From contig NZ_CP069383.1 of NCBI RefSeq assembly GCF_017656055.1, positions 168,314 through 200,313 of the forward strand: DNA of 32,000 nt. The letters are read 5' to 3'. Shown here one piece after another: positions 1 through 11,579 of the stretch. The stretch's first letter is position 1, and every line of letters starts with the position of its first letter. A model generated the notes under the pieces. The model saw only the letters and a list, made by a program, of their open reading frames with translations, searched no databases and was not told the DNA's origin. Origin of the DNA: Candidatus Saccharimonadota bacterium. Lineage in GTDB: Bacteria; Pseudomonadota; Gammaproteobacteria; Enterobacterales; Enterobacteriaceae. The position numbers and the translations under genes are program-made.

Positions 1-3000
1 GTAAATATGTTTTAAATTCAAATAAAAAACAGTTAAAATCTTTATCTGATATGATAAAAGGTAAATATGGAAGGTTTAGACAAAATTTATTAGGAAAAAG
101 AGTTGATTTTTCAGGTAGATCTGTTATTATACCAGGTCCTAATTTAAAATTAAATCAATGTGGAATACCAAAAAAAATAGCTATAGAATTATTTAAACCT
201 TTTATATACGGAAAATTAGAATATTTAAAAATTTCTTCTAGTATAAAGATGTCTAAAAAAATTCTTAATAAAGAAGATCCAATAATATTAGATATATTAG
301 AAGATATAATGAAAGATCATCCTATATTGTTAAATAGAGCTCCAACTTTACATAGATTAGGTATTCAATCATTTGATCCTGTTTTAATTAATGGAGAATC
401 AATACAATTACATCCATTAGTTTGTTCAGCATATAATGCTGATTTTGATGGAGATCAAATGGCTATACACGTTCCATTAACTATTGAGTCTCAATTAGAA
501 TCAAGAATATTAATGATGTCTGTTAATAATATATTATCTCCTGCTAATGGAGATCCAGTAATATTTCCTTCACAAGATATGGTATTAGGTATATATTATT
601 TAACAAAAGTTGGAAATTCTACTATTAATAAAAATATTTATGATATAAATGAAATAGAAAAATTTTTTAATTTAAATATTTTAGGAATAAATGATAATAT
701 AAAAGTAAGAATTACAGATTATGATAATAATAAAAATGAATACAAAATAATAGTTAATACTACTGTAGGTAGATGTATTTTATGGAATGTGATACCAAAA
801 TTTATACCTTTTTATTTAATAAATAATACGTTAAATAAATCATTAATATTAAATATAATAAGTTATTCATATTTTAATTTGAATTTAAAGGATACTGTTA
901 TATTATTAAATAATTTAATGAAAATAGGTTTTAAATATGCAACTATTTCTGGTATATCAATAGGATTAGATGATTTAATTATTCCAAATGAAAAAGATAA
1001 GATTATAAATGATACTAATAATGAAGTTAATTATATTAATAAACAGTATGAATTAGGATTGCTAACTTATAATGAAAAGTATAATAAAATTATTGATATA
1101 TGGTCGGAAGTTAGTGAAGTTATATCTAAAATTACGATAGATAAAATTTCTGATGTTAAATTAGATTATAATAATATATTTATGATGATAGATTCTGGAG
1201 CAAGAGGATCTTTAGCTCAAATAAGACAATTATCTGGTATAAGAGGTTTAATGACTAAAACAGATGGATATATAATAGAGAATCCTATTAAATCTAATTT
1301 TAAAGAAGGTTTAAATATAATAGAATATTTTATATCTACTCATGGTGCTAGAAAAGGTTTATCTGATACTGCATTAAAAACTGCTAATTCAGGGTATTTA
1401 ACAAGAAGATTAGTTGATGTAGCTCAAGATATAGTTATATTATTAAAAGATTGTAAAACTAATAATGGAATTAAAATAGAATTAGATAATGTAAATAATG
1501 ATAATTATATATCATTATTTAAAGATAGAATAATTGGTAGAATTTTATCACATGATATATATGATAATAATAAATTATTATTTAGTAGAAATACTTTAAT
1601 AGATTATAAAATATTTGATATAATTATAAAATTATATATTAATCATATATATATTAGATCACCTATAACTTGTGAATTAAATAATGGAATATGTTCTTTA
1701 TGTTATGGTATTGATTTATCAAAAGGTAATATTGTTAATATAGGGGAATCTGTTGGCATAATAGCAGCACAATCTATAGGTGAACCTGGAACACAGTTAA
1801 CAATGAGAACATTTCATATAGGTGGAGCTATTTCAATAGTTGGTAGTTCTAATATAAAATTTAAAAATTCTGGAATTTTAAAGTTATTTAATTGTAAATT
1901 TTTAAAAAATTCAAATAATGAAAATGTTATTATATCTAAAAATTCTGAAGTTGGTATTTTAAACATTAATTTAAATAAAATAATAGAAAAATATAAATTA
2001 CCTTATGGTAGTATATTAAATAAATTAGAAAATGATTTAGTAGATAAAAATGAAATAATAGCTTCATGGGATTATGGATCAATACCTATAATATCTGAAT
2101 TTAAAGGTAAAATATTATTTGAAAATATAATAGAAAATAAAAATTTTATAAATAAAATAGATGAATATACTGGTATACCTTGTAAAATTATGATTTCTAA
2201 TTATAATAATTATGATTATAAACCTTATATAAATATAGTTGATAGTAATAATAATATATTAAAAAAATATTATATTCCAGAAAAATCTATTATACATATA
2301 AATAATTTCGATAATATTAATTTAGGTGATGTTATAGCTATAACTCCTCAAAATATAAATGAAATAAAAGATATTACAGGTGGTTTACCAAAAGTTTCAG
2401 ATATATTTGAAGCTAGAAAACCTAAAAATTCATGTTTATTAGCTGAAGAAACAGGATTTATAAGTTTTAAAATAGAAAAAAATAAAAAAAAAATTCTTAT
2501 AAGAAATAATAATAATGTTATTATTCATGAAAATTATATAAATAAAAATAAAAATATGATAGTTTTTGAAAATGATTATGTTAATAAAGGAGATATTATT
2601 TCTACAGGTAATATATCTATACATGATATATTAAGAATAAAAGGATTAGATTCTTTAGTTAATTTTATTATAAATGAAATACAAAATGTTTATAAACTTC
2701 AGGGTGTTAAAATAAATAGTAAACATATAGAAATAATAATTAAACAGATGTTAAAAATTGTTATTATATTAGATTCTGGTGATTCAAAATTAATAAAAAA
2801 TAGTTATATAAAATTAAATTATGTTAGAAAGATTAATAAAAAACTAATTAAAAATAAAAAAAGAGTTGTTGTTTATAAATATAGTTTAATTGGTATAACT
2901 AAATCTTCTTTATTAACTGATTCTTTTATTTCTTCAGCATCATTTCAAGAAACTACTAAAATATTAACTAATTCTGCTATTTGTAGTAAAATAGATTTTT

Positions 3001-3092
3001 TAAAAGGATTAAAAGAAAATGTAATATTAGGTAGATTAATACCAGCTGGTACAGGTTATTATTATTATAATAAAAATAAAAAAAATAATTAA
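1..3092 (+). CDS. rpoC: DNA-directed RNA polymerase subunit beta' (5'-truncated by window edge; about the C-terminal 1030 aa)
   Basis: The reading frame is open from nt 3, upstream of the ORF-track Met at 51. '[32 protein letters not shown]' matches the E. coli beta' region near residue 330. Catalytic '[14 protein letters not shown]' and trigger-loop '[17 protein letters not shown]' are present. An SI3-like insertion is retained before '[18 protein letters not shown]'. Confidence 0.97.
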   Translation, partial: KYVLNSNKKQLKSLSDMIKGKYGRFRQNLLGKRVDFSGRSVIIPGPNLKLNQCGIPKKIAIELFKPFIYGKLEYLKISSSIKMSKKILNKEDPIILDILEDIMKDHPILLNRAPTLHRLGIQSFDPVLINGESIQLHPLVCSAYNADFDGDQMAIHVPLTIESQLESRILMMSVNNILSPANGDPVIFPSQDMVLGIYYLTKVGNSTINKNIYDINEIEKFFNLNILGINDNIKVRITDYDNNKNEYKIIVNTTVGRCILWNVIPKFIPFYLINNTLNKSLILNIISYSYFNLNLKDTVILLNNLMKIGFKYATISGISIGLDDLIIPNEKDKIINDTNNEVNYINKQYELGLLTYNEKYNKIIDIWSEVSEVISKITIDKISDVKLDYNNIFMMIDSGARGSLAQIRQLSGIRGLMTKTDGYIIENPIKSNFKEGLNIIEYFISTHGARKGLSDTALKTANSGYLTRRLVDVAQDIVILLKDCKTNNGIKIELDNVNNDNYISLFKDRIIGRILSHDIYDNNKLLFSRNTLIDYKIFDIIIKLYINHIYIRSPITCELNNGICSLCYGIDLSKGNIVNIGESVGIIAAQSIGEPGTQLTMRTFHIGGAISIVGSSNIKFKNSGILKLFNCKFLKNSNNENVIISKNSEVGILNINLNKIIEKYKLPYGSILNKLENDLVDKNEIIASWDYGSIPIISEFKGKILFENIIENKNFINKIDEYTGIPCKIMISNYNNYDYKPYINIVDSNNNILKKYYIPEKSIIHINNFDNINLGDVIAITPQNINEIKDITGGLPKVSDIFEARKPKNSCLLAEETGFISFKIEKNKKKILIRNNNNVIIHENYINKNKNMIVFENDYVNKGDIISTGNISIHDILRIKGLDSLVNFIINEIQNVYKLQGVKINSKHIEIIIKQMLKIVIILDSGDSKLIKNSYIKLNYVRKINKKLIKNKKRVVVYKYSLIGITKSSLLTDSFISSASFQETTKILTNSAICSKIDFLKGLKENVILGRLIPAGTGYYYYNKNKKNN

Positions 3093-3103
3093 TTTTATAA
3101 TTT

Positions 3104-3475
3104 ATGATTACTATAAATCAATTAATAAAAAATCCTAGAAAAATTAAATTAAAAAAAACAGATGTACCACATTTAAAATCATGTCCTCAAAAAAGAGGTA
3201 TATGCACTAAAGTATATACTATGACACCTAAGAAACCTAATTCTGCTTTAAGAAAAGTTTGTAAAGTTAAATTAACTAATGGTTTAGAAGTAACTGCATA
3301 TATTCCAGGAGAAGGACACAATTTACAAGAACATTCTGTTGTATTAATAAGAGGTGGTAGAGTAAAGGATCTTCCAGGAGTAAGATATCATGTGGTAAGA
3401 GGTGTTTTAGATTGTGATGGTGTGAAAAATAGAAAAAGTAGTAGATCTAAATATGGAACAAAAATGTTAAAATAA
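3104..3475 (+). CDS. rpsL: 30S ribosomal protein S12
   Basis: 123 aa. '[19 protein letters not shown]' and '[18 protein letters not shown]' are near-invariant S12 motifs. First gene of the str-operon order. Confidence 0.97.
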   Translation: MITINQLIKNPRKIKLKKTDVPHLKSCPQKRGICTKVYTMTPKKPNSALRKVCKVKLTNGLEVTAYIPGEGHNLQEHSVVLIRGGRVKDLPGVRYHVVRGVLDCDGVKNRKSSRSKYGTKMLK

Positions 3476-3484
3476 AATAATTTT

Positions 3485-3967
3485 ATGTCACGTAAAAAAA
3501 TAAAAATAAAAAATAAAATTTTACCAGATATTAAGTTTAATTCTATTTTGGTGTCAAAATTTATTAATATTGTTATGAAAAACGGTAAAAAGTCCTTAGC
3601 ATTAAAAATAGTTTATAGTTTATTAAATATGATAAAACTTAAAATAAATAAAAATGAAATAGATTTACTTGAAGAAATTATAAATAAAGTAAGACCTATG
3701 GTTGAAATAAAATCTAGGAAAATAGGAGGATCTACATATAATGTTCCTTTTGAAATAAATGATAATAGAAAAAATTCTTTAGCATTAAAATGGATAGTTA
3801 AATTTTCTAGAAAGAGATCTGGAAATTCTATGATAGAAAAATTGTATGATGAGATTATTGATATATCTCAAAATAAAGGATTATCTATTAAAAAAAGAGA
3901 TGAAATTCATAAAATAGCTGATTCTAATAAAGCTTTTTCTTATTATAAATGGAATAATAAAAAATAA
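3485..3967 (+). CDS. rpsG: 30S ribosomal protein S7
   Basis: 160 aa. 'NGKKSLALKIVYS' and 'VEIKSRKIGGSTYNVP' are S7-like. Lies between rpsL and fusA. Confidence 0.9.
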   Translation: MSRKKIKIKNKILPDIKFNSILVSKFINIVMKNGKKSLALKIVYSLLNMIKLKINKNEIDLLEEIINKVRPMVEIKSRKIGGSTYNVPFEINDNRKNSLALKWIVKFSRKRSGNSMIEKLYDEIIDISQNKGLSIKKRDEIHKIADSNKAFSYYKWNNKK

Positions 3968-4002
3968 AATAAAAATAAAATAATTAATTTTTAAAAAAAA
4001 AA

Positions 4003-6120
4003 ATGTATCGTATTATATCTATAGATAGATATAGAAATATAGGAATAAGTGCACATATAGATGCTGGAAAAACTACTTTTACAGAAAGAGTATTATTTTA
4101 TACAGGAATTAATAGAAAAATTGGTGAAGTTCATGATGGTTTAGCTACTATGGATTGGATGAAACAAGAACAGGAAAGAGGTATTACTATAACTTCTGCA
4201 TCTACAACATGTTTATGGAATGGTATGTATAATCAATATAGTAATCCTTATAAAATAAATATTATAGATACACCTGGTCATGTAGATTTTACTTTAGAAG
4301 TTGAACGTTCTATGAGAGTTTTGGATGGAGCAATAATGTTGTATTGTTCTGTAGGTGGAGTACAATCTCAATCTGAAACTGTTTGGAGACAAGTTAATAA
4401 ATATAATATACCTAGAATAGGTTTTATAAATAAAATGGATAGATCTGGAGCTAATTATTTAAATGTTATTAATGAAATAAAGACTAAATTAAATTCTAAT
4501 CCTATTATTTTACAACTAAATATAGGTGAAGAGGAAAATTTTACTGGAATAATAGATATTATAAAAATGAAGTCTATATATTGGGAAAATAGTGATTTTG
4601 GTACTAAATTTAAAATTTATGATAATATATCTAATGAATTTAAAAATAAAGTAAGTGAATTAAGAAATATTATATTGGAAACTGCAGCTGAATCTTGTGA
4701 TGAACTATTTGATAAATATATTAATACTGGAACTTTAACTGAAAATGAAATTAAAAAAGGATTAAGAATAAGAACTATAAAAAATGAAATATTTCCAATA
4801 ATGTGTGGATCTGCATTTAAAAATAAATGTATACAACCTGTTTTAGATTCTATAGTAGATTATTTACCATCTCCTAATGATTTATCAAATATAAAAGGTG
4901 TTATTAAAAATGGTAATAAATATATAAGTATTTATAGAAAAAATAGTGATAATGATCATTTTTCGGCATTAGCTTTTAAAATTTGTACAGATCCATTTGT
5001 TGGTAATTTAACATTTATAAGAGTTTATTCTGGTAAAATTAAATCTGGTGATATAATTTTAAATTATACTAAAAATAAAAAAGAAAAGTTGGGTAGAATA
5101 GTTCAAATGCATGCTAATAAAAAAGAAGATATAAAAAATGTTTTTTCAGGTGATATAGTTGCTATAATAGGATTAAAAGATATATCTACTGGTGATACTT
5201 TATGTAGTATAGATTATCCTATATTATTAGAAAAAATAGAATTTCCAAATCCTGTAATTTCTATGTCTATAGAACCGTTAACTAAAAATGATCAAGATAA
5301 AATGGGTATTGTATTAAATAAATTATTGCAAGAAGATCCTTCTTTTAAGGTTTATATTGATAATGATACTAATCAAACTATAATTTCAGGTATGGGAGAA
5401 TTACATTTAGAAATAATAGTTGATAGAATGAAAAGAGAATATAATCTAAATGTTAATACAGGTATACCTCAAGTTTCTTATAAAGAAACTATTAAGAAAA
5501 CATCTTCTTATGAAGGTAAATATATAAGGCAAACAGGTGGTAGAGGTCAATATGGTCATGTATTTATTAAAATAGAACCTAATAAATATAAAGATTATGA
5601 ATTTATTAATAATATAATAGGTGGTGTAATACCAAAAGAATTTATACCTTCTATAGACAAAGGTATACAAGAACAAATGAAAATTGGAATATTAGCTGGT
5701 TATCCTATAATAAATATAAAAGCTACATGTTATGATGGATCTTATCATGAGGTAGATTCTTCAGAAATAGCTTTTAAGATAGCTAGTTCTATTGCATTTA
5801 AAGAAGCGTTTTTAAGAGCTGAACCAATTTTATTAGAACCTATAATGAAAGTTTTTGTAGAAACTCCCGAAGAATATATAGGTGATGTTATTAGTGATAT
5901 AAGTAGAAAGAGAGGTATTATAAATAATATGGAAACTTTTAATAATTTAAGAAAAATAATATCTTATATACCTTTATCTGAAATGTTTGGTTATTCAACA
6001 GAATTAAGATCAAAAACTAAAGGTAGAGCTTGTTATAGTATGGATTTTTATGAATATAAAGAAGTTCCTATTGAAATTTCTAAGAAAATAATAGATTCAA
6101 AAAGTAAAAAAGTAAATTAA
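4003..6120 (+). CDS. fusA: Elongation factor G
   Basis: 705 aa. GTPase motifs '[19 protein letters not shown]', 'DTPGHVDF' and 'NKMDR' are present, and the size equals E. coli EF-G. '[13 protein letters not shown]' is the domain IV motif. Confidence 0.97.
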   Translation: MYRIISIDRYRNIGISAHIDAGKTTFTERVLFYTGINRKIGEVHDGLATMDWMKQEQERGITITSASTTCLWNGMYNQYSNPYKINIIDTPGHVDFTLEVERSMRVLDGAIMLYCSVGGVQSQSETVWRQVNKYNIPRIGFINKMDRSGANYLNVINEIKTKLNSNPIILQLNIGEEENFTGIIDIIKMKSIYWENSDFGTKFKIYDNISNEFKNKVSELRNIILETAAESCDELFDKYINTGTLTENEIKKGLRIRTIKNEIFPIMCGSAFKNKCIQPVLDSIVDYLPSPNDLSNIKGVIKNGNKYISIYRKNSDNDHFSALAFKICTDPFVGNLTFIRVYSGKIKSGDIILNYTKNKKEKLGRIVQMHANKKEDIKNVFSGDIVAIIGLKDISTGDTLCSIDYPILLEKIEFPNPVISMSIEPLTKNDQDKMGIVLNKLLQEDPSFKVYIDNDTNQTIISGMGELHLEIIVDRMKREYNLNVNTGIPQVSYKETIKKTSSYEGKYIRQTGGRGQYGHVFIKIEPNKYKDYEFINNIIGGVIPKEFIPSIDKGIQEQMKIGILAGYPIINIKATCYDGSYHEVDSSEIAFKIASSIAFKEAFLRAEPILLEPIMKVFVETPEEYIGDVISDISRKRGIINNMETFNNLRKIISYIPLSEMFGYSTELRSKTKGRACYSMDFYEYKEVPIEISKKIIDSKSKKVN

Positions 6121-6127
6121 AAATATT

Positions 6128-6445
6128 ATGTATAAAAAATTAAATATAATAAAAATAAAGGTAAAATCTTTTGATATTAAGTTAATAAATTTTGTAATGA
6201 AAGAAATAATAAAAATTTGTGAAAAAAGTAATGCTACTATATCTGGTCCTATACCATTACCTAATAAAAGAAAAAAATTTATAGTTCTTACATCTCCTCA
6301 TGTTAATAAAGATGCTAGAGAACAATTTGAATTTTGTATACATAATCGTTTATTTTATATAAAAAAATATAGTAATAAATTGATAGATTTGTTATTACGT
6401 TTAAATATATCATCAGGTATAAAAATAAAAATAGATATTATATAA
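6128..6445 (+). CDS. rpsJ: 30S ribosomal protein S10
   Basis: 105 aa. 'ISGPIPLPNKRKKFIVLTSPHVNKDAREQFE' matches S10. First gene of the S10 cluster. Confidence 0.9.
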   Translation: MYKKLNIIKIKVKSFDIKLINFVMKEIIKICEKSNATISGPIPLPNKRKKFIVLTSPHVNKDAREQFEFCIHNRLFYIKKYSNKLIDLLLRLNISSGIKIKIDII

Positions 6446-6450
6446 AAAAT

Positions 6451-7095
6451 ATGAATTTAAATAATAAAAATATTGTTAAAATATTTGGTATAAAATTAGG
6501 TATGAGTACAATATATAATAATTTTAGTTGTACACCTGTTACTTTAGTAAAAATATTAGATAATACAATATTAGATATAAAAAATAATAAAGATTTTATA
6601 AATTTAAAAATTTTATCTAAAAACATTTTTAATAATAAAAATAAAAATAAATCTTTTATTGGTATTTTAAGTAAATATAATATTTTTAATGGAAATACTT
6701 TACATGAAATAAATTTAGATAATAGTTTTATTAAATTATTTAAAATAGGTTATTCTATATCTATTGATTATTTATTAAATTCTAATAATATTAGTATAAC
6801 TTCTAAGAGTAAAGGTAAGGGATTTTCAGGTGTTATAAAAAGATGGAATTTTAGTAAACAAGATTCAAGTCATGGTAATTCTTTATCTCATAGAGCACCA
6901 GGTTCTATAGGGCAAAATCAAAGTCCAGGTAGAGTTTTAAAAGGTAAAAAAATGTCAGGACATTATGGTAATGTTAATGTTACTATAAAAAATGTAAAAA
7001 TATTAAGTAATATCTGTAATGATAATGTGTTAATTATTAAAGGTTCTTTACCTGGTTCGAATAAAAATATTTTAATTATTAAGTATGAAATTTAA
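6451..7095 (+). CDS. rplC: 50S ribosomal protein L3
   Basis: 214 aa. 'KGKGFSGVIKRWNF' and 'HGNSLSHRAPGSIGQNQSPGRV' match L3. Operon position. Confidence 0.87.
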   Translation: MNLNNKNIVKIFGIKLGMSTIYNNFSCTPVTLVKILDNTILDIKNNKDFINLKILSKNIFNNKNKNKSFIGILSKYNIFNGNTLHEINLDNSFIKLFKIGYSISIDYLLNSNNISITSKSKGKGFSGVIKRWNFSKQDSSHGNSLSHRAPGSIGQNQSPGRVLKGKKMSGHYGNVNVTIKNVKILSNICNDNVLIIKGSLPGSNKNILIIKYEI

Positions 7096-7118
7096 AAAAA
7101 AAAATAAATAATTTTATT

Positions 7119-7727
7119 ATGGAATTAATTACTGAAAATAAAAAAAATATATTTTTATCAGATAATGTTTTTAAAATTTGTTATAATAATAATTTAGTTA
7201 ATCAGGTTATTATTACTGAATTATCTATAAATAGAAAAAATATTAAGTTTAATAAAAATAGATCAAGAGTTAAAGGATCTAATAAAAAACCTTGGAAACA
7301 AAAAGGTACTGGAAAAGCTAGATCTGGTAGTAAAAAAAGTCCAATTTGGAGATCTGGTGGTGTTACTTTTGGAAGTCAAGTAAGAAACTTTAAAAAAAAA
7401 ATTAATAAAAAAATGTATTGTAAAGCTTTAAAGTGTATATTATCTAGATTTATTAGTAATAAAAAAATTATTATAATGGAAGATTTAAATATAGAAAATT
7501 ATAAAACTAAAACTTTATTTAAAAAATTTAGTAGTATTTTAAAATATAAATTATTATTTATAATTGAAAATTATGATAAAAATTTATTTTTATCTTCAAA
7601 GAATATATATAATATTTGTATTATGAATTTAAATAATATTATAATAAGTAAAATAATAAATTATGATTTTATTATATTTACATTTAATTCTATAAAAAAA
7701 ATTGAAGAAAGGTTATTAAAAAAATGA
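7119..7727 (+). CDS. rplD: 50S ribosomal protein L4
   Basis: 202 aa. 'KPWKQKGTGKARSGSKKSPIWRSGGVTFG' is the L4 signature. Operon position. The TGA stop overlaps the rplW ATG (ATGA). Confidence 0.85.
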   Translation: MELITENKKNIFLSDNVFKICYNNNLVNQVIITELSINRKNIKFNKNRSRVKGSNKKPWKQKGTGKARSGSKKSPIWRSGGVTFGSQVRNFKKKINKKMYCKALKCILSRFISNKKIIIMEDLNIENYKTKTLFKKFSSILKYKLLFIIENYDKNLFLSSKNIYNICIMNLNNIIISKIINYDFIIFTFNSIKKIEERLLKK

Positions 7728-7981
7728 ATTTTATAAAAAATAATAGAATTTTATTTGATGTTTTAAAAAAAATATGTCTTTCTAGTAAGACTACTTATTT
7801 ATTTAATAATCAAAAAATTATATCATATAAAATATATTATAATATTAATAAAAATTTTGTTAAATTAGCATTTAAAAATATTTTTAATATTTATATTAAA
7901 AAAGTTAATATTGTTAATTATAAAATATATAAAAAAGGAAAATTTATAAAATTTAAAAAAGCTTATATTTTTTTAAAATAA
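7724..7981 (+). CDS. rplW: 50S ribosomal protein L23 (short, divergent)
   Basis: 85 aa, between rplD and rplB. Weak L23-like pattern ('FVKLAFKNIFNIYIKKVNIVN', C-terminal 'KKAYIFL'). The call rests mainly on position. Confidence 0.62.
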   Translation: MNFIKNNRILFDVLKKICLSSKTTYLFNNQKIISYKIYYNINKNFVKLAFKNIFNIYIKKVNIVNYKIYKKGKFIKFKKAYIFLK

Positions 7982-7997
7982 TTAATAAAATAATAAA

Positions 7998-8828
7998 ATG
8001 ATATTAATAAAATCTAAGCCAGTAACTCCAGGATTAAGACATTATATAAAAAATAAAAATAATTTTTTATATAAAAAAAAAAAATTTATTAATAAATTAA
8101 TTGTACCTTTAAAAAGAAATTTTGGTAGAAATAATTTAGGTAGAATAACAACAAGACATATAGAAGGAGGTCATAAAAAAAAATATCGTATAATAGATTT
8201 TAAGAGGAATAAAATAGATATTATAGGATATGTAAAAAGATTTGAGTATGATCCTAATAGGTCTTGTTATATAGCTTTAATATTTTATAAAGATGGCGAT
8301 AAAAGATATATAATATCTCCTAAAAATATTAATTTAGGTGATAAAGTTATATCTATTAATAATTATAATGAGAATTTTTTAAAAATAGGTAATTCATTAA
8401 AATTAGTAAATATACCTATAGGATATAAAATTCATAATATTGAAATTAATCCTGGTGAAGGAGGTAAAATATCTAGATCAGCTGGTAATTACTCTCAAAT
8501 AGTATCTAAAGATAATAAATATGTTATAATAAAAATAAAATCCGGAGAAATAAGAAAAATAAATAATCAATGTAGAGCTACTATTGGTGAAGTAGGTAAT
8601 AATGAACATATGTTAAAAAAAATTGGTAAAGCTGGTCGTAAAAGATGGATGGGTGTAAGACCTACTGTTAGAGGTACTGCTATGAATCCTGTTGATCATC
8701 CTCATGGTGGTGGTGAAGGTAGAAATTTTGGTAGACATCCTGTTACTCCTTGGGGAAAAAATTGTAAAGGTATGAAAACAAGAAATAATAAAAAAACTAA
8801 TAAATATATAATAAAAAGAAGAAAATAA
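7998..8828 (+). CDS. rplB: 50S ribosomal protein L2
   Basis: 276 aa. '[22 protein letters not shown]' and '[18 protein letters not shown]' match L2. Confidence 0.96.
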   Translation: MILIKSKPVTPGLRHYIKNKNNFLYKKKKFINKLIVPLKRNFGRNNLGRITTRHIEGGHKKKYRIIDFKRNKIDIIGYVKRFEYDPNRSCYIALIFYKDGDKRYIISPKNINLGDKVISINNYNENFLKIGNSLKLVNIPIGYKIHNIEINPGEGGKISRSAGNYSQIVSKDNKYVIIKIKSGEIRKINNQCRATIGEVGNNEHMLKKIGKAGRKRWMGVRPTVRGTAMNPVDHPHGGGEGRNFGRHPVTPWGKNCKGMKTRNNKKTNKYIIKRRK

Positions 8829-9112
8829 TGTCACGTTCATTAAGAAAAAAACCATTTATAGATATAAGTTTATATAATAAAGTTAATAAATATTTAAGTA
8901 ATGTTAAAAATAGTGGTAATATAACTACATGGTCAAGGAGATCTACTATATATCCGAATATGGTTGGATTAACTATAAATGTTCATAATGGTAAAAAACA
9001 TATTCCATTATATATAACAGAAGAAATGATAGGATATAAATTGGGAGAATTTGTTTTTACAAGAAAATTTAAATCACATACTACTAATAAAAGAAAATTT
9101 AAAAAGGTATAA
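8828..9112 (+). CDS. rpsS: 30S ribosomal protein S19
   Basis: 94 aa. '[29 protein letters not shown]' matches S19. Its ATG shares one nt with the rplB TAA (TAATG). Confidence 0.92.
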   Translation: MSRSLRKKPFIDISLYNKVNKYLSNVKNSGNITTWSRRSTIYPNMVGLTINVHNGKKHIPLYITEEMIGYKLGEFVFTRKFKSHTTNKRKFKKV

Positions 9113-9116
9113 ATTT

Positions 9117-9458
9117 GTGAATTATTTTATTTTTTCTAGATATAAAAATGCTAGAATTTCTCCTAGTAAATTAAGATTAATACTAAAAATAATAGACTAT
9201 AGTAGTATATTTAATACTATTAATATATTAAAATTTTCTAATAAAAAAGGATCTTTTTTAATAAAAAAAACTATAGAATCTGCTATATCAAATGCGGAAC
9301 ATAATTATAATTTGAATATAGATTATTTAAAAATACATAGAATTTTAATAGATAAAGGTCCTATTTTAAAAAGAATAATGTTTAGGGCTAGAGGTAGATT
9401 TGATAATATATTTAAAAAAACATCTATTATAACAGTAATTTTGTCTAATAAAAAATAG
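9117..9458 (+). CDS. rplV: 50S ribosomal protein L22
   Basis: 'ARISPSKLRLILKIID' and 'ILIDKGPILKRIMFRARGR' are L22-like. I place the start at the in-frame GTG at 9117, 4 nt after the rpsS stop, giving 113 aa. The ORF-track ATG at 9051 would overlap rpsS by 62 nt and add non-homologous residues. Confidence 0.75.
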   Translation: MNYFIFSRYKNARISPSKLRLILKIIDYSSIFNTINILKFSNKKGSFLIKKTIESAISNAEHNYNLNIDYLKIHRILIDKGPILKRIMFRARGRFDNIFKKTSIITVILSNKK

Positions 9459-9474
9459 TATAAAAAAAAATAAT

Positions 9475-10104
9475 ATGGGTCAAAAAGTTAATCCATTAGG
9501 ATTTCGTTTAGGTTTTATAAAAAAATGGAATTCTTTATGGTTTTCAAATAATAAAAAAAAAATTATTGATAATATAGAAAAAGATATTTTATTAAGAAAT
9601 TATTTAAAAAATAATTTACCTAATAATTATATTTCTAATATTATAATAGAATTTTTATATATGAATATAATTATTAATATAGTAACATCTAAACCTGGAA
9701 TAATAATAGGGAAAAAAGGTGAGGATATAGATAAATTAAGGATTGGAATAGTTAAAATGTTAAATAATAAATATATTAAGTTAAATGTTATTGAATTAAA
9801 AGATTATAATTTAGATTCTAGTATAATAGCTAATAATATATCTTATCAAATAGAAAGAAAAATTTCTTTTAGGAAAATTATGAAAAGATATATTAATAAT
9901 GTTATGAAATATGGTGCTTTAGGGGTTAAAATACAAGTTAATGGTAGGTTAGGTGGTGCTGAAATATCAAGAAGAGAATGGTATAAAGAAGGAAGAATAC
10001 CATTGCATACTATTAGAGCAAATATAGATTTTAGTCAATCTATAGCTAAAACTAATTATGGTATTATAGGTATAAAAGTTTGGATATTTAAAAAAAATAA
10101 ATAA
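9475..10104 (+). CDS. rpsC: 30S ribosomal protein S3 (C-terminal tail shortened)
   Basis: 209 aa. '[13 protein letters not shown]', the KH-domain motif '[14 protein letters not shown]', and '[30 protein letters not shown]'. Confidence 0.92.
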   Translation: MGQKVNPLGFRLGFIKKWNSLWFSNNKKKIIDNIEKDILLRNYLKNNLPNNYISNIIIEFLYMNIIINIVTSKPGIIIGKKGEDIDKLRIGIVKMLNNKYIKLNVIELKDYNLDSSIIANNISYQIERKISFRKIMKRYINNVMKYGALGVKIQVNGRLGGAEISRREWYKEGRIPLHTIRANIDFSQSIAKTNYGIIGIKVWIFKKNK

Positions 10105-10112
10105 AATTAAAT

Positions 10113-10526
10113 ATGTTACAACCAAAACGTAGTAAATATAGAAAATGTCAAAAGGGTAGAAATAAAGGTTTTTCAATAAATATGAATGTTGAGTTTGGTG
10201 ATTTTGGATTAAAATCCTTAGGTAGAGGTAGATTAACTTCTAAACAAATAGAATCAGCTCGTATAGTTATAAATAAGTATGTTAAAAGACAATGTAAAAT
10301 ATGGATAAGAATATTTCCAGATAAACCTATTACAAAAAAACCTTTAGAAGTTAGAATGGGTAAAGGTAAGGGTAATGTTGAATATTGGGTTGCTATAATT
10401 AAACCTGGTAAAATATTGTATGAAATAAGTGGTGTTACAGAAAATATAGCAAAAGAAGCTTTTAGATTAGCCTCTTATAAGTTGCCATTTAAAACATGTT
10501 TTATTATTAAAAATAAATTAATATAA
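10113..10526 (+). CDS. rplP: 50S ribosomal protein L16
   Basis: 137 aa. '[16 protein letters not shown]' and '[19 protein letters not shown]' match L16. Confidence 0.93.
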   Translation: MLQPKRSKYRKCQKGRNKGFSINMNVEFGDFGLKSLGRGRLTSKQIESARIVINKYVKRQCKIWIRIFPDKPITKKPLEVRMGKGKGNVEYWVAIIKPGKILYEISGVTENIAKEAFRLASYKLPFKTCFIIKNKLI

Positions 10527-10533
10527 TTAAATT

Positions 10534-10722
10534 ATGAATATTTTTTTAAATATAAAAGATTTAGAATATAAATTAAATTTTTTATTATATAAAAAATTTT
10601 TACTAAAATATAAATTTAATATAAATTTATTAAAAAATAATAATTTATTAAAAAAAAATAAAAAAAATATATCTAATATTTTAAATCTAATTAATAAAAT
10701 ATATAAAAATAAAAAAAAATAA
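10534..10722 (+). CDS. rpmC: 50S ribosomal protein L29 (highly degenerate, K/N/L-rich)
   Basis: 62 aa, the size of L29, lying exactly between rplP and rpsQ. Only a loose helical L-x-x-L pattern resembles L29, so the call is mostly positional. Confidence 0.5.
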   Translation: MNIFLNIKDLEYKLNFLLYKKFLLKYKFNINLLKNNNLLKKNKKNISNILNLINKIYKNKKK

Positions 10723-10725
10723 GAT

Positions 10726-10965
10726 ATGAGTGATAATAAATTAATAATTTTACGTGTTTTTAGTAAAAAAATGAATAAGTCTTTAATATGTATAAAAATT
10801 TTTTATAAAAAAAATAATATTTATAAAAAAAAAATAAAGAAAAGTATTAAAATAATTGTTCATGATAAAAATGATTTATGTAATGTAGGGGATTATATAT
10901 ATATTAAAAAATGTAAAAATATATCTAAAAAGAAATCTTGGATATTTGTTAAAAAAAAAATATAA
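10726..10965 (+). CDS. rpsQ: 30S ribosomal protein S17
   Basis: 79 aa. 'VFSKKMNKSLICIK', 'IIVHDKNDLCNVGDYIYIKKCKNISKKKSW' parallels the S17 pattern 'aHDe..GD.V.I.EcRPlSK.K.W'. Confidence 0.78.
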   Translation: MSDNKLIILRVFSKKMNKSLICIKIFYKKNNIYKKKIKKSIKIIVHDKNDLCNVGDYIYIKKCKNISKKKSWIFVKKKI

Positions 10966-10968
10966 AAT

Positions 10969-11340
10969 ATGATACAAGAACAAACTATATTAAATGTTTC
11001 AGATAATTCTGGAGCTAAAAAAGTTTTATGCATTAAGGTTTTAGGTGGATCTAAAAAAAAATATGCTTTTGTAGGTGATTTTATTAAAGTTTCTATAAAA
11101 AGTATTAATAATAAAAGTAAAGTTAAAAAAGGAGATGTTTATAAAGCTATTGTAGTTAAAACTAAAAAAAGAAAATTTAGAAAAAATGAAAATATATTTA
11201 TAAATTTTGATATTAATTCTTGTGTTTTATTAAATGATATGAATATTCCAATAGGTACTAGAATAATAGGATTTATATCTAAAGATATAAAATATAAAGG
11301 ATTTAATAAAATTGTATCTTTATCTAATGAATTATTTTAA
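10969..11340 (+). CDS. rplN: 50S ribosomal protein L14
   Basis: 123 aa. 'MIQEQTILNVSDNSGAKKVLCIKVLGGS' is a classic L14 N-terminus. Confidence 0.93.
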   Translation: MIQEQTILNVSDNSGAKKVLCIKVLGGSKKKYAFVGDFIKVSIKSINNKSKVKKGDVYKAIVVKTKKRKFRKNENIFINFDINSCVLLNDMNIPIGTRIIGFISKDIKYKGFNKIVSLSNELF

Positions 11341-11342
11341 AT

Positions 11343-11579
11343 ATGAAAAGTAAGATAAAAAAAAATGTTTATGTTAAAATAATTTATGGTAAATATAAAA
11401 ATAAAATAGGTTTAGTAAAAAAAGTTTTTAAAAATAAAAATTATTTAATTGTTGATAAAATTAATTTAGTTCATAAACATATTAAAAAAAATATAAATAG
11501 TAGTAAATCTTTTATTTTTTTAAAAGAATCTAAAATTCATATTTCTAATGTTGTTTTTTTAAAAAATGAAAATGATTAA
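11343..11579 (+). CDS. rplX: 50S ribosomal protein L24 (C-terminally shortened)
   Basis: 78 aa. 'KIKKNVYVKIIYGKYKNKIGLVKKV' is the KOW motif. Operon position. Confidence 0.72.
   Translation: MKSKIKKNVYVKIIYGKYKNKIGLVKKVFKNKNYLIVDKINLVHKHIKKNINSSKSFIFLKESKIHISNVVFLKNEND

Noticed and set aside
9051-9116. The ORF-track 5' extension of rplV, which overlaps rpsS by 62 nt.
   Set aside because: The extension ('[22 protein letters not shown]') has no L22 homology. It is simply the rpsS 3' region read in another frame. The GTG at 9117 gives a normal-length L22.
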